Shown: one piece after another, positions 20,482-31,003 of the stretch
Layout: each line of letters starts with the position of its first letter
Position numbering within the stretch: the first letter of the stretch is position 1
NCBI GenBank assembly: GCA_000146465.1
Contig: CP001948.1
DNA length: 64,000 nt
Direction: 5' to 3' (one strand)
Notes under the pieces: generated by a model
What the model was told of the DNA's origin: nothing
Database searches by the model: none
Seen by the model: only the letters and a program-made list of their open reading frames with translations
Made by a program: the position numbers and the translations under genes

Positions 20482-21474
20482 ATGGCAAGAGAATACAAGG
20501 AGACGGTTTACAGCATATTGGCATCTCTTTGTCTGGTGGGAGGGCTGTCCTTGGAAAGTTTTGTGTGTAAGACTGCAAATTGTTCGTTTTTCCTGAGCTC
20601 TACTCTGTTTATTTCAATGGCTCTAACACTCCTCAGTCTTGCACACATGGTAAGGACAAAGGCAAAAGTTACTCTTTTCTCTGCATACAAAGGATCTATC
20701 AGTGCTTTGATGGACATTATGATTGTGTTCATATACACCAAGATCTTGTGCACAAACTCCCTGTTCTTCTGTCTATCCTTTTTAACATATCAGATGACCG
20801 TGTCCATTCTGACCTGCTTCACGTCCTTTTCCAGCTCTGGCTTCATGGTTTGCATATGTGTCATATTTCTTTCCCCACTATTTGACCTGTGGTTTGTGGA
20901 GGAACATGGATTCTCAAGATCTCAGATTCCGGACTTTATGAAGTACTACATCACAAACGGATCTATGAACATAATCTTTTTCATCCCCATAGTTGGGATC
21001 AGGGTGATGTTCGGAGAGTTTTTTGGGAGACTCGAGAATAGAGAGTCGTCCACACTCTTCAACTCTCTGGGAATGGTTGCAATCGGAGCCATATTGGGGC
21101 TTATTGATAGATCCGCATTCTTGGAGGAATTTCGCAAAATGTATCAGGTTTCTATTCCATTTGTTGTGTCAAACATCATGCTTGTAACGTCCTTGGCTAT
21201 CTTCAGATGGAACAAGAACATCAACTTTACCTCTGTATATCCACCTGTATCGGTGCTGTCCATTTTAGTATCTGGACTGTTTTGTTACACCTCAGCACCC
21301 TTGTTCTGGAGGAAAACCATTTTGGAATGCTCGCTTAATGCCCCGTATCTTTTCTATCTCCTCACGTTTTCTCTTTTCACCTTATATATAATCGTTGTGT
21401 ATAAGAGTAATATTGTCTCAAGGCCTGCCAGGGATGGATTCATACCAGGAGTGACCTGGTGGCTTTGGGGATAG
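20482..21474 (+). CDS. Multi-pass integral membrane protein
   Basis: 330 aa with about eight hydrophobic helices. Confidence 0.4.
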   Translation: MAREYKETVYSILASLCLVGGLSLESFVCKTANCSFFLSSTLFISMALTLLSLAHMVRTKAKVTLFSAYKGSISALMDIMIVFIYTKILCTNSLFFCLSFLTYQMTVSILTCFTSFSSSGFMVCICVIFLSPLFDLWFVEEHGFSRSQIPDFMKYYITNGSMNIIFFIPIVGIRVMFGEFFGRLENRESSTLFNSLGMVAIGAILGLIDRSAFLEEFRKMYQVSIPFVVSNIMLVTSLAIFRWNKNINFTSVYPPVSVLSILVSGLFCYTSAPLFWRKTILECSLNAPYLFYLLTFSLFTLYIIVVYKSNIVSRPARDGFIPGVTWWLWG

Positions 21475-21709
21475 TGAGTTCTTGATGGCTGGATATAAAT
21501 CCATAAATTACAGTGATTAAATTAATTTAAAACCGATCACAGCTTGTAGTTTATGACTCAGCACCGCTTTTTGACTTTTTTGTTTGTAAACAATGTTCGG
21601 GAGTTAGTCTACTAGTGATTTAATTTGGTATTAAAGTATCAGGCCGATTTTAATTGGCCCACTTATGAATCAGAAACAAAATATTTAAGAACGAAAACAC
21701 AACAAACAA

Positions 21710-22465
21710 ATGGCTAAGGAAGCGCTAAAGACTCTACAGTCCATGTTTGGAGAGATGGTTGCATCCTTTGTCTTTGGATTTGCGGTATATTCTGCTATAC
21801 TGGGATCTAGCATTAGCCAGTCATCGGCAGATAAGGTCATTGTAGGACTAACAGTTGGATTTTCCGGAATCGGTGTGATATATTCATTTTGCGACGTGAC
21901 CATTGCACACTTCAATCCTGCAATCACTCTTGCAGCCATACTGACATCTAAGATCGATGTACTTCAGGGACTGGGATATATGTTGGCCCAGTACATAGGA
22001 TTTATGCTTGCTGTGTGTGCCCTGCTGGTATGCTCTCCTGTCGAATACAAGGAGACTTTGGACACAATAAGGCCAGGACCTACGGACTTTGGAGCAACCA
22101 GCCTCAATGTTTTCTTCGCCGAGTTTTTCCTAACTGCAATCTTTGTTCACATTGTCTTTGCAACAGCTGTTAATCCATACAAGCCAAAGGTCGACACCGA
22201 AGGAAAGTTTGTGGATCCCGACGAGAAAGAGCCGGTGGATCGCAGAATAACTGCACCCCTCTGTATAGGTCTGACACTTGGGTTCTTGGCATTCATGGGT
22301 TTGGCCAGTTCCGGAGGTGCATTCAACCCCGGCCTCACATTTGCTCCAATGGCAATGTCGAACACTTGGAGCCATTTCTGGATTTATCTTGGGGGTCAGT
22401 ATCTAGGAGGCTTGACAGGAGGTCTTCTCCAGGTGCTTGTGCTATATAAGCTTAGCTCGGACTAG
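21710..22465 (+). CDS. AQP: Aquaporin (MIP family)
   Basis: First NPA box HFNPAITLA, second box GGAFNPGLTF (NPG variant) and six TM segments. Confidence 0.85.
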   Translation: MAKEALKTLQSMFGEMVASFVFGFAVYSAILGSSISQSSADKVIVGLTVGFSGIGVIYSFCDVTIAHFNPAITLAAILTSKIDVLQGLGYMLAQYIGFMLAVCALLVCSPVEYKETLDTIRPGPTDFGATSLNVFFAEFFLTAIFVHIVFATAVNPYKPKVDTEGKFVDPDEKEPVDRRITAPLCIGLTLGFLAFMGLASSGGAFNPGLTFAPMAMSNTWSHFWIYLGGQYLGGLTGGLLQVLVLYKLSSD

Positions 22466-22517
22466 AGTTCAGAGCATCAAATAATGGAAAAGATAATAAA
22501 ATCACACAAAATTCTTT

Positions 22518-23708
22518 TCATTCGGTCCGCGGCACCTGCCATATCTGTAACATGTTGTCTTCAGAGACACTAACAATCTCAAAGGGCTCTGCAGGGTTCC
22601 AAGAGAGGTCGCATACAGTGCTTGTATGTCCTCCATGAAGAAACCTCATCTCGGGAGGTCCTTCTGCCTTGTACTCCTCAGACACCTCTGCTCCAATCCG
22701 ATTCAGATCCCATATAATTACTCTTCTGTCTGTACTTCCAGATGCAAGTATCCCTTTGTCGTGAGGAGACCACTCTGTGCTCAACACCTCCTTCGAATGT
22801 CCCAGGAGAATATGGAGTGGTTGTTCCAGATTCCTCCTATCCCACACCTTCACAGATTTGTCTCCAGATGATGTAGAGACAATATTCCCGTCCAAGGGCG
22901 AAAACCTTACAGAAAGAACATCAGACGTGTGTGCTTCCTCAATGGCATGTATGCAATCTCTACTCCTCGTGTCCCAAAACACCACCATCCCATCATCTCC
23001 TCCAGATGAGAGAAGACCTTTGTCTAGGAAGCTGAACGAACAGTCGTTGACAGTCATTCTGTGTCTTCTTAATACCACTGTGGGAGAAATTAAAGAAGAT
23101 TCCTGGGATATATCAAACACACATATCTGCTTGTCCTCCCCACAGCTTGCAAGCTCCCCAGAGCTCTGAGGACTCCATGACAATCCAAAACCTCCCCCCT
23201 CGTGCCCCCGAAGAACCATATCAGGCCTTGGAATCTTCTCATGTGAAAGATGCTTTGTGTAATCATAAACATGTATATCCGAAAGATCAGAGCGTACCGC
23301 CAGTACATTGCATGCAAACGGACTGTATCTAACCCTATTGGCCTCGTCCATAATCGAGATCCTTTGCACAATCTTGAATCTCATGTCCCCATTCACCTCC
23401 TCATTCTGAGACTCGTCAAATTCGTCGGGAAACTCAACCTGGGCAATCATTATATACTCGTCTTCCACTCCGCTTGTATGGGTACTCAGCAACAACCTTT
23501 GCACTGTCCTTCCTCCCTCCTCGTCTCTCTTCACATCCGGAAACCACTGCACAGAAAGAGACGGCCACTGGAGAGTGTGGCAGAACATAAGGTCGTAAAG
23601 ATACGGTACATTCTTCTTCCATATCTTATACTCCTCATTGATTATCTTCTGCTCCAACACCTGGTTGTTCATCCACGAGGGCTTTGAGGCCAGGGAATTA
23701 AAACCCAT
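22518..23708 (-). CDS. Histone-binding WD40 protein RbAp48/Hat2/Msi1 (CAF-1 subunit C family)
   Basis: NEEYKIWKKNVPYLYDLMFCHTLQWPSLSVQWFPD is a near-match to the RBBP4 N-terminal helix region, followed by 6-7 WD repeats. Confidence 0.85.
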   Translation of the reverse strand: MGFNSLASKPSWMNNQVLEQKIINEEYKIWKKNVPYLYDLMFCHTLQWPSLSVQWFPDVKRDEEGGRTVQRLLLSTHTSGVEDEYIMIAQVEFPDEFDESQNEEVNGDMRFKIVQRISIMDEANRVRYSPFACNVLAVRSDLSDIHVYDYTKHLSHEKIPRPDMVLRGHEGGGFGLSWSPQSSGELASCGEDKQICVFDISQESSLISPTVVLRRHRMTVNDCSFSFLDKGLLSSGGDDGMVVFWDTRSRDCIHAIEEAHTSDVLSVRFSPLDGNIVSTSSGDKSVKVWDRRNLEQPLHILLGHSKEVLSTEWSPHDKGILASGSTDRRVIIWDLNRIGAEVSEEYKAEGPPEMRFLHGGHTSTVCDLSWNPAEPFEIVSVSEDNMLQIWQVPRTE

Positions 23709-23759
23709 TGAAAAAGATACTCCAAATAGTTAGTTATACCTTAAAACGTTTATTCTCCC

Positions 23760-24956
23760 TTAGAAAAAGCTGAAGCTGTTGAAGAAGCTCCTGGGATTGT
23801 GCATGCCATCGTCAGAGGCCTCTTCATGCTCCCTCTCCTCCTCAGGCATGGTTCCAAACTCCCCGTTTACTTTTGTAAATGTTCCATAGGGCTTCCTTGG
23901 AGGCTCTGCAAGTACTTGCATGATCTTTGCCCTGTCAGACTCACTGCCAATTATCACATTTGGCTTAAGAATCAGACTTCCTTGCTTGTTCCCCTTGAAC
24001 CCTTCGTTCCGAATCTTGAGCACTGTATCAAACGTCTTGAACGGATTCACATTGATCTCAAGCACTCTTCCGTCAATATGGGTGAAGTATACCACTCCTC
24101 CTCCGACTGCAGTGTATAGCGGAATGTCTATCTTCCCCACCAGGTCACTTCCACGCCTCTCAAACCTGCTGTCTTCTTGCACATCAATTATGAAAATTAC
24201 ATCTCCTGGAACGTGGTTTCTTCTCTGGTCTCCCATACCCTCAAAGACAATCTTTTCTCCTTTTCTTGCTCCTGGCTTTATATTCACTTCAAACATGGTC
24301 TTGTCCTGTATATACTCAGACCCGTTACATGTACCACAAGGCTTACCTTTGATCTTATGTCCAGAGCCTCCACACCCATCGCATCGCGTCTCTGCAAGAG
24401 TTACAAACCCTCCTAGATTTCGCCGACTAGTGCACACTCCACTTCCATTGCATCTCTTGCACGTCTCTACATCCTTTCCTCCCTTTCCATCACATGTCCC
24501 ACATATCTTCTCGGTCCTGACATTGAACTTCGACACCTTCCCAACAAACGATTCTCTAAGTGAAATAGTAATCACATACTTTGTTGAGTTGACTTTGTTT
24601 GTTCTCTGGTGTCCTCTTCCTCCAGTAAACTGGCTGAATATATCAAAGATGTCGGAATATCCTCCTCCAGAGAAATGTGCTCCAAACTCCCCAAGCCCAC
24701 TGTCGTACTCTCTCTTCTTCTTCTCGTCAAACAATACACTCTTTGCAGAGTTTAGCTTTGCAGACATCTCTCCACATTCCTTCTTGATCTTCTCCCTTTC
24801 CTCATCATTGGCCGCATTCCTCAGCCTATTCTTGATAAACGGCGAGTCCAGGTGGTACTTTGCCTGTTGCTTTGAGTAGGCCTTTCTTATCTCGGCTATA
24901 GACGCCCCAGGACTAAGCTCAAGTATTTTATAATATCCCTTGGGATCTTTAGACAT
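23760..24956 (-). CDS. Type-I DnaJ/Hsp40 (Ydj1-like)
   Basis: Degenerate J domain with YHLD replacing HPD, G/F region, four CxxCxGxG zinc-finger repeats (CGTCDGKGG, CKRCNGSG, CDGCGGSG, CGTCNGSE) and a C-terminal peptide-binding domain. Start taken at the internal MSKDPKGYY. Confidence 0.75.
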   Translation of the reverse strand: MSKDPKGYYKILELSPGASIAEIRKAYSKQQAKYHLDSPFIKNRLRNAANDEEREKIKKECGEMSAKLNSAKSVLFDEKKKREYDSGLGEFGAHFSGGGYSDIFDIFSQFTGGRGHQRTNKVNSTKYVITISLRESFVGKVSKFNVRTEKICGTCDGKGGKDVETCKRCNGSGVCTSRRNLGGFVTLAETRCDGCGGSGHKIKGKPCGTCNGSEYIQDKTMFEVNIKPGARKGEKIVFEGMGDQRRNHVPGDVIFIIDVQEDSRFERRGSDLVGKIDIPLYTAVGGGVVYFTHIDGRVLEINVNPFKTFDTVLKIRNEGFKGNKQGSLILKPNVIIGSESDRAKIMQVLAEPPRKPYGTFTKVNGEFGTMPEEEREHEEASDDGMHNPRSFFNSFSFF

Positions 24957-25071
24957 GGCCCCACAAGATCTACCCTCTTTTATCTTTTTTTTTCCGCGGA
25001 AAAATCTAGAAAAAACCAGATGTCTCTTCAAAACTCCAATACTATAAAGCATTTAATCACAGAAAGACGGT

Positions 25072-26589
25072 TTAGTCTCTTCCTCCCCCACACATTTCGC
25101 ATAAAGATGTATTTCTTTCATTGGCAAAGGTACAGGCCTTGCATTCCCATACAGTACATCTATATTTCTCCATACTCGACACAAAACTCCTAAAGTCCTG
25201 GCTATTGGAAATGGCCTTGAACTTGACCTTGTCTTGCTTGGCTATACACATGAAAAGATCCTTCCAATTGGGAAAGATCTCTTTCACTCTTACCAAAAGA
25301 GTAAAGTTCGAGAACTTCTCCATCGAAAAGTCTCCTCCAAAGTATTCGGCCATCTTCCTCTCCCCAAACTTCTTTGGAATAAACTCTGTATTCTTGAAGA
25401 GTGGATTTGTCTTACACCCATGTGTTAGCTTCACCAGGAAAAACTCTCCTGGGAGGTATGGGTTTGCCTTGACCATCGATTCCTTTGTCTTTGTTCTATA
25501 AAGAATATCCCTTGTTGTCAGGAGCATCAGGGGGTTTTCGGTGGGAAAGATCCAATCTCCCTTGAAAAGAGCCATGCACTGGTTACTTACTTGATACTCC
25601 TGCAGCCCGATATTTCCATCCTTTTCCACAGTAACAACAATGGTTGCAAATCTCGACCCAAACTCTATCTCCTGCTCTCCATCCCTAACCACATAAGGAT
25701 GCATAAGCTGCATCTTTGCTATAAATTCAATCTCCAGAGATGACAAGAAGTAGCTTCGACCAAGTTTGTCGCTTGTAATTCCTCCCTTCTCCATCAGAAT
25801 ATCTGTGTATATCATCCCAACTATTTCAAGGCCTGTTCCCAAAAAGGGCCCGTCCATGGACCCTGTTATCACGAATCCGTCTGGATAGTTTTCCTGTTCT
25901 GGCTCCCATATCCCAGACACCACAGCCTTTAGTCCCAGGGGAATCATCTCATGGTCCATGTATCTCCCGACAAGAAATCCAAATCTCTGCCGTCCACTCT
26001 CCCTCCAGTTCCTAATGAAGTTCTCTACCAAATGCTGCCCGTCAAACTCGACATGGTCAACCATTCGGAACACCTGTGGTGCCAGGATTATGTTTTTTTC
26101 TTGGCATCTATTGCACCTTGTATTGGACCCATGATCCGTGCACGTCTTGATGGTGTAGTCCTCGGCACTTAGTCCCTTATTCTTGCTTTTTATCATCTCA
26201 TGATATGACTGAAAGCTGAGATATTTGATCATGTTGTCTTTGTAATACTTCTCGTCCCATGGATCTAAGGGTGCACAGTTGCTACACATCGCATTAGAGT
26301 CATGCTGGCACATCATCCTATCCCTTTCTCTTTTGATGTTTTTGGAGGCTTCTGGATTCTTCTTTGGCTCCTCTTTCTTCTTCTCGTACTCTACATACAG
26401 CACCTGGCCATTCCTGAGCCCCAAGGCGGTCGGGGTTTGGGTCTTATCCATCTTGTCCTTGCCATCTGGAGTAGAGGATATTGATATCTGACCCACATTA
26501 AAGAAGGCAAGCAGCTGCGTCTCCAATATTCTGGATTCGTCCACTTCCACCCGTCTTTGGCCTTCTGGGCCTCGAACGATGAATATCAT
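25072..26589 (-). CDS. NPL4: Npl4, a Cdc48 cofactor
   Basis: UBX-like N-terminus, zinc-finger/MPN core and a C-terminal RanBP2-type NZF finger WECKACTFANERNTSLCEMCG. Confidence 0.7.
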   Translation of the reverse strand: MIFIVRGPEGQRRVEVDESRILETQLLAFFNVGQISISSTPDGKDKMDKTQTPTALGLRNGQVLYVEYEKKKEEPKKNPEASKNIKRERDRMMCQHDSNAMCSNCAPLDPWDEKYYKDNMIKYLSFQSYHEMIKSKNKGLSAEDYTIKTCTDHGSNTRCNRCQEKNIILAPQVFRMVDHVEFDGQHLVENFIRNWRESGRQRFGFLVGRYMDHEMIPLGLKAVVSGIWEPEQENYPDGFVITGSMDGPFLGTGLEIVGMIYTDILMEKGGITSDKLGRSYFLSSLEIEFIAKMQLMHPYVVRDGEQEIEFGSRFATIVVTVEKDGNIGLQEYQVSNQCMALFKGDWIFPTENPLMLLTTRDILYRTKTKESMVKANPYLPGEFFLVKLTHGCKTNPLFKNTEFIPKKFGERKMAEYFGGDFSMEKFSNFTLLVRVKEIFPNWKDLFMCIAKQDKVKFKAISNSQDFRSFVSSMEKYRCTVWECKACTFANERNTSLCEMCGGGRD

Positions 26590-26641
26590 TACAGGGCTTC
26601 CTGGTCTTGTTTTTATTGATCATGGTTATGGCGAGCCCATC

Positions 26642-27238
26642 ATGCCAAAAAGAAAGGATCCATACAAGACACTTGGAGTAAAGTGGACATCCTCTGGGAC
26701 AGAAACAAAAGAGGCATACAGGAGATTACAAAGGCTGTACCATCCTGACAGCAAGACGGGAAATAAAGAAAAATATGAAGAGGTATGCAAAGCATATGAA
26801 GAGACTCTCAAGGATCCACCTGTAGAGATTGTTCCTATTAAAGATGTAGCGAGAATCTACAAGGGCTCACAAGAGGAGGTTGGAGATATCATTGCGTTGT
26901 ACAACAAATACAAAGGGAAGATGGGAAAGATTGTAGACAACCTTCTTCTGTCTGACGATGGGGATGAAGAGAGACTTCGAGGGATTATTGATGAACTGAT
27001 TGGGAACAGGACTCTCAAACAGTACTGTAGCTATAGCAAAAAGGTCAAGGAAGACCCGAAAAGAAGAAGAAGAAAAGCAGAAGAAGAGAGAATGGCTAGG
27101 CAGATTGCAGAGGAAATGGGGATTGATCTCGATGCTCCATTAGAAGATATCCTTGGAGGACATAGAAGAAGGGAAGAAAGGCTTCTTATCAGTCTTGAGG
27201 AAAGGTGTTTGGAGGGTCCTGGAAAAGAAGGAAGATAG
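26642..27238 (+). CDS. J-domain (DnaJ-C) protein
   Basis: KDPYKTLGV...AYRRLQRLYHPDSKTGN carries an HPD motif, with a charged C-terminal tail. A CCC motif (gagcccatc) lies just upstream of the ATG. Confidence 0.6.
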   Translation: MPKRKDPYKTLGVKWTSSGTETKEAYRRLQRLYHPDSKTGNKEKYEEVCKAYEETLKDPPVEIVPIKDVARIYKGSQEEVGDIIALYNKYKGKMGKIVDNLLLSDDGDEERLRGIIDELIGNRTLKQYCSYSKKVKEDPKRRRRKAEEERMARQIAEEMGIDLDAPLEDILGGHRRREERLLISLEERCLEGPGKEGR

Positions 27239-27263
27239 ACTTGAAATATGAAGAATAGATGTT

Positions 27264-28736
27264 TTGTTGACAAATAGATACCCTCTGATGGAAAAAGAGA
27301 TCGATGACTTGTTCCTATATGGGAGTGTTAAGAAGGTTGGGAAAGACAGAATAAGGACCTTGGAGAAATGCATGGGAGACCTTCCAAAGATAAACCCAAA
27401 TCTTGAGCAGGTGTGGACGAAGTGTAAAGAGATTGATTCAAGCTTGGAGCTGTACAGTATCAAACTGGAGTCATTGGCAAGAGAAATGAAAGGGATAGAA
27501 AAGGAAAATACGAAGCTAGAGAACGAGATTCAGTATCAAACATCCATATATGAGCATCTGAAGGAACTCCTGATCAATGTGGAGATAAAGGAGGACCACT
27601 TTATAACGTTAGAGAGCGAGTCCTTTGACAGTATTGATGGGCTTTGCAGGATCGAGAAGGCACTGGAGGTGCTTGATGGATTCCATGTGGATGAGTATGA
27701 CATCAGGATAGTCCGAGAAAAGAAGGAAAGGATCAACGATGCACTGAGGGAATTCTACAAAAGGTTTATAACATATATGGGGAGTTTTATGGTTGACAGC
27801 GAAAGCAGCGGAGACCTGAAGGTTCACAAAGGTCTCTACGGGGCGATCAAGAGGTTCAAGAAGATATTCCAACACTCGAAGAGGTATAGAGATTACTATG
27901 TTGTTCTGTGCTCGATATACATGGCACGCTCGAAGAAGTTATATGAAAGGGAGTTTGGGTTCCACTTGAAGACAGTTCTCCGGCTACTGAAAGAGGATGT
28001 GACACAAGATAAGATGGACCGAATATTCGAGACTCTTTTTGAATCGTACCGCAGCATAGTGAAGTGTGAGGATAGATTTCTTAAGAGTATGGAGATCGAT
28101 GGGACATGCCAAGAGATCTTCCGAAACACAGGGCTCCTGATTGTAGGATTTGTCGAGGATGCATATGACATTGCAGATATCGAAGTATTGAATGGATTGG
28201 GGAAAATATGGAAGGAAGTTGAGCCAGATGAGGATGTATATGGATCTTTCCAGAAGGAGCTTAGAGAAGTATATGGAAGATTAGAGGAAGAGTATCTAAA
28301 GAAGAAGATGGGCAAGGGAGAGAATGGAGTTGGAAAGCTGGAAGAGATCCTCAGCAGGTCCAGCAATGAAGACCTGAAGAGAAAAGCAATAGTTATGGGA
28401 ACACAGAGAATTATGGAGGAGGAAGACAAGGGAGACTTGAGAAGAATAGTAAAGAGATGGAGGCTTCTAGACTACATGGGGAAGAAGTGTACCAAGGAGA
28501 TAGAAGAGGTTTTGGATGCAGAAAGAAAAACCGAATCTGAATTTGAAAAGAGCTGTGCAGATATGATTCTTGGTAGCGGAAAAACAGTCGACAATGTGAA
28601 GAAGGTACTATCTCTCATCAATGGAGAAAAGGGCTTCAAAACAAAGGTGATCAGGAAGATGAGGGAGATGGTTTCAAACGACGTTGAGGAGAAGGATGCA
28701 GAAGATGCAGACAAGCTGCTGAGAGAGGCAATGTAG
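27264..28736 (+). CDS. Hypothetical helical/coiled-coil protein, possibly a vesicle-tethering complex subunit
   Basis: 490-aa ORF with heptad-like coiled-coil signature and no clear motif. Confidence 0.4.
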   Translation: MLTNRYPLMEKEIDDLFLYGSVKKVGKDRIRTLEKCMGDLPKINPNLEQVWTKCKEIDSSLELYSIKLESLAREMKGIEKENTKLENEIQYQTSIYEHLKELLINVEIKEDHFITLESESFDSIDGLCRIEKALEVLDGFHVDEYDIRIVREKKERINDALREFYKRFITYMGSFMVDSESSGDLKVHKGLYGAIKRFKKIFQHSKRYRDYYVVLCSIYMARSKKLYEREFGFHLKTVLRLLKEDVTQDKMDRIFETLFESYRSIVKCEDRFLKSMEIDGTCQEIFRNTGLLIVGFVEDAYDIADIEVLNGLGKIWKEVEPDEDVYGSFQKELREVYGRLEEEYLKKKMGKGENGVGKLEEILSRSSNEDLKRKAIVMGTQRIMEEEDKGDLRRIVKRWRLLDYMGKKCTKEIEEVLDAERKTESEFEKSCADMILGSGKTVDNVKKVLSLINGEKGFKTKVIRKMREMVSNDVEEKDAEDADKLLREAM

Positions 28737-28814
28737 TCTGTGAAATCGGAAGGAGGCTATCTTTGTTTCCAACCGCAGTGAAATTAAACTTAATTGCAGG
28801 GACGGGGTTTAATG

Positions 28815-29795
28815 TCATTTTTTCCTTGAATATGCATACTTTAGTAAGTCATACACTCTGCATGAATATCCATACTCATTGTCGTACCAGCTGATGAGCT
28901 TGAAAAAATTGGGTCCTATCGAGATGCTCGCATTAATGTCAAACACCGAGCTTCTCGAGTCTCCAATGAAATCGGAGCTTACAACATCATCCTTTGTTGT
29001 TCCTATGATCCCTTCATTGCTTTCCGAGAACCTTTCGATGGCATCCACTATGGCCTCGATGGTTGTCTCTTTCCTTGTTCTGCAGACAAGGTCGACCACA
29101 CTAACATTTGCAACAGGGACCCTCATTGCCATTCCGTTCAATTTCCCGGCAAGAGAGGGAATTACCTTTCCCACGGAAGTTGCTGCACCCGTGCTTGCAG
29201 GGATTATATTGGCCAATCCTGACCTCCCGCTTCTCAGGCACTTTCCAACTCCATCAACAATCTTTTGTGTTGCTGTCACTGCATGAACTGTAGTCATCAG
29301 TCCCTCCACAATTCCAAAGTTGTCGTCGACAATCTTGGCAAGGGGTGCCAAGCAGTTGGTGGTACAGCTCGCATTGCTGATGATCCTTTGGGACACATAG
29401 TCTTGATGGTTGACTCCGTACACAAACATAGGTGCGTCCTTGCTTGGCGCAGTAATCACAACAATCTTGACGTCCTTATGGCCTTCGCAATCCTTCAGTG
29501 TTGTAAACACCCCACTGGCTTCGACAACTGCATCCACTCCATATTCCGTCCATGGGATCTTCTCAGGCCTATCAAAGGCAGACAAGCTTGTTTTTTTTCC
29601 TTTGTATAGGATCTTTCCTCCCTCAACCTTACACTCCTTGCATCTTCCAAAGACACTATCGTACTTCAAAAGGTATTCTGCCTGCTCCGGCTTCAAAAGA
29701 GGGTCATTCACAAGAGGCACCTCTACACCTTTCTCCCTTAGAATCCTGTATACCAACTTTCCTATCCTTCCTAATCCGTTTATTCCCACCTTCAT
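28815..29795 (-). CDS. GAPDH: Glyceraldehyde-3-phosphate dehydrogenase
   Basis: MKVGINGLGRIGKLV Rossmann start and the active site SNASCTTNCLAPLAKIV. Confidence 0.9.
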   Translation of the reverse strand: MKVGINGLGRIGKLVYRILREKGVEVPLVNDPLLKPEQAEYLLKYDSVFGRCKECKVEGGKILYKGKKTSLSAFDRPEKIPWTEYGVDAVVEASGVFTTLKDCEGHKDVKIVVITAPSKDAPMFVYGVNHQDYVSQRIISNASCTTNCLAPLAKIVDDNFGIVEGLMTTVHAVTATQKIVDGVGKCLRSGRSGLANIIPASTGAATSVGKVIPSLAGKLNGMAMRVPVANVSVVDLVCRTRKETTIEAIVDAIERFSESNEGIIGTTKDDVVSSDFIGDSRSSVFDINASISIGPNFFKLISWYDNEYGYSCRVYDLLKYAYSRKK

Positions 29796-29976
29796 TTATA
29801 CGGCACATTGAATTTTGTTTAAATACCTTTTGACAGAAGTAACAAGGAAAGACCCAATTGCCGCCTGGAATCGATTGCAATGATAGCGGCTCATCCAATC
29901 ACCAGGTCTGCTCGATTATCGAGAATATACCGATGCATTCTGTAAACAAAAAAGAAAATACAGGCACCCAAGGAAA

Positions 29977-30996
29977 ATGATTTTGAATAGCCTATTCAAA
30001 AACTTCAAGAACATCAAAAGATATCAAAAGCCAATCAAAGCTATTCTCGTGGTTGTGCCTCTGCTTACCTTCAAAGTAAGCAAAGAGACCCATGTCTCCA
30101 CTAACGAGCCTGTTCAACATTATATAGATAGAAACATCGAACTCGAGAAGCCTTCAGACTCCACACCTCTTTTTACTTGTAACAGATTCATCCTCAATGA
30201 CCTTCCTCCAAGACGGACATTAAGGATTCAGGGACTTCCAGACCAAAAGGAAAACTACTATCCCATAATCTCAACTCTAAAGTCGATGGCCATAAAGAAT
30301 ATCAATGTGATCATCGACCTAAACCCTCCAGATGAGAAATGCATGTATCTGTTCGAAATAGACCTGAGGTTTGCCGGCAGCACATGCATGCTGATACATC
30401 CACTGAAGAACCACCAGCCCAACTCAGACTTCTTTCTTGTTGCTGGAGACTTCTTTCCCTCCAAAATGTCCTTCGACCCCATGGACATCCTTGTCACAAA
30501 CAAGCCGTCAAATCGCCTGCACATCTTGCTGAAAGGTACTCCCCGGAGTCTGAAAATGCTTATTTGCTTTATTAAGTCGATTTCGTTTATAAGGACCCAT
30601 CCATACGGAAGCTACTTCTATATCCCAGTAAGCCATGGATACATAGATATCACCATATTCATGCCTCTAGTGATTTGCGTGTTGGTTTACTACATACTTG
30701 ACTGGATTTGGACTCCCCACCATGTCTCTGTTCCAAGGATATTTCTAGGATCTCTTCTCTATTCGTTCTTTCCTATTTCATTTCTGTTCTTCACAAGGAA
30801 AAACGAGTTTCTTTGTCTTTCAACGATCTTCATGGTCCTGAACCCAAAAATAGGCCTGGCGTACATTGGGATATGCTACCTAAGAATGGTGTACGATACC
30901 TTCTCCATTGCCATACAGATGCTGAAGTCATCAAGAATGTCCCCAATGGATGAAAGATCTTTTATAAATTACAAAGCTAAACACAAGGTAGAATAA
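29977..30996 (+). CDS. Hypothetical membrane protein
   Basis: 339-aa ORF with several hydrophobic segments in the C-terminal half. Confidence 0.35.
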   Translation: MILNSLFKNFKNIKRYQKPIKAILVVVPLLTFKVSKETHVSTNEPVQHYIDRNIELEKPSDSTPLFTCNRFILNDLPPRRTLRIQGLPDQKENYYPIISTLKSMAIKNINVIIDLNPPDEKCMYLFEIDLRFAGSTCMLIHPLKNHQPNSDFFLVAGDFFPSKMSFDPMDILVTNKPSNRLHILLKGTPRSLKMLICFIKSISFIRTHPYGSYFYIPVSHGYIDITIFMPLVICVLVYYILDWIWTPHHVSVPRIFLGSLLYSFFPISFLFFTRKNEFLCLSTIFMVLNPKIGLAYIGICYLRMVYDTFSIAIQMLKSSRMSPMDERSFINYKAKHKVE

Positions 30997-31003
30997 ATGT
31001 CCT

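Noticed and set aside
23920-24879. 319-aa plus-strand Pro/Ser-rich ORF
   Set aside because: It is antisense to the DnaJ gene, whose zinc-finger repeats and J domain are unambiguous. Its composition is typical of a reverse-strand artefact.
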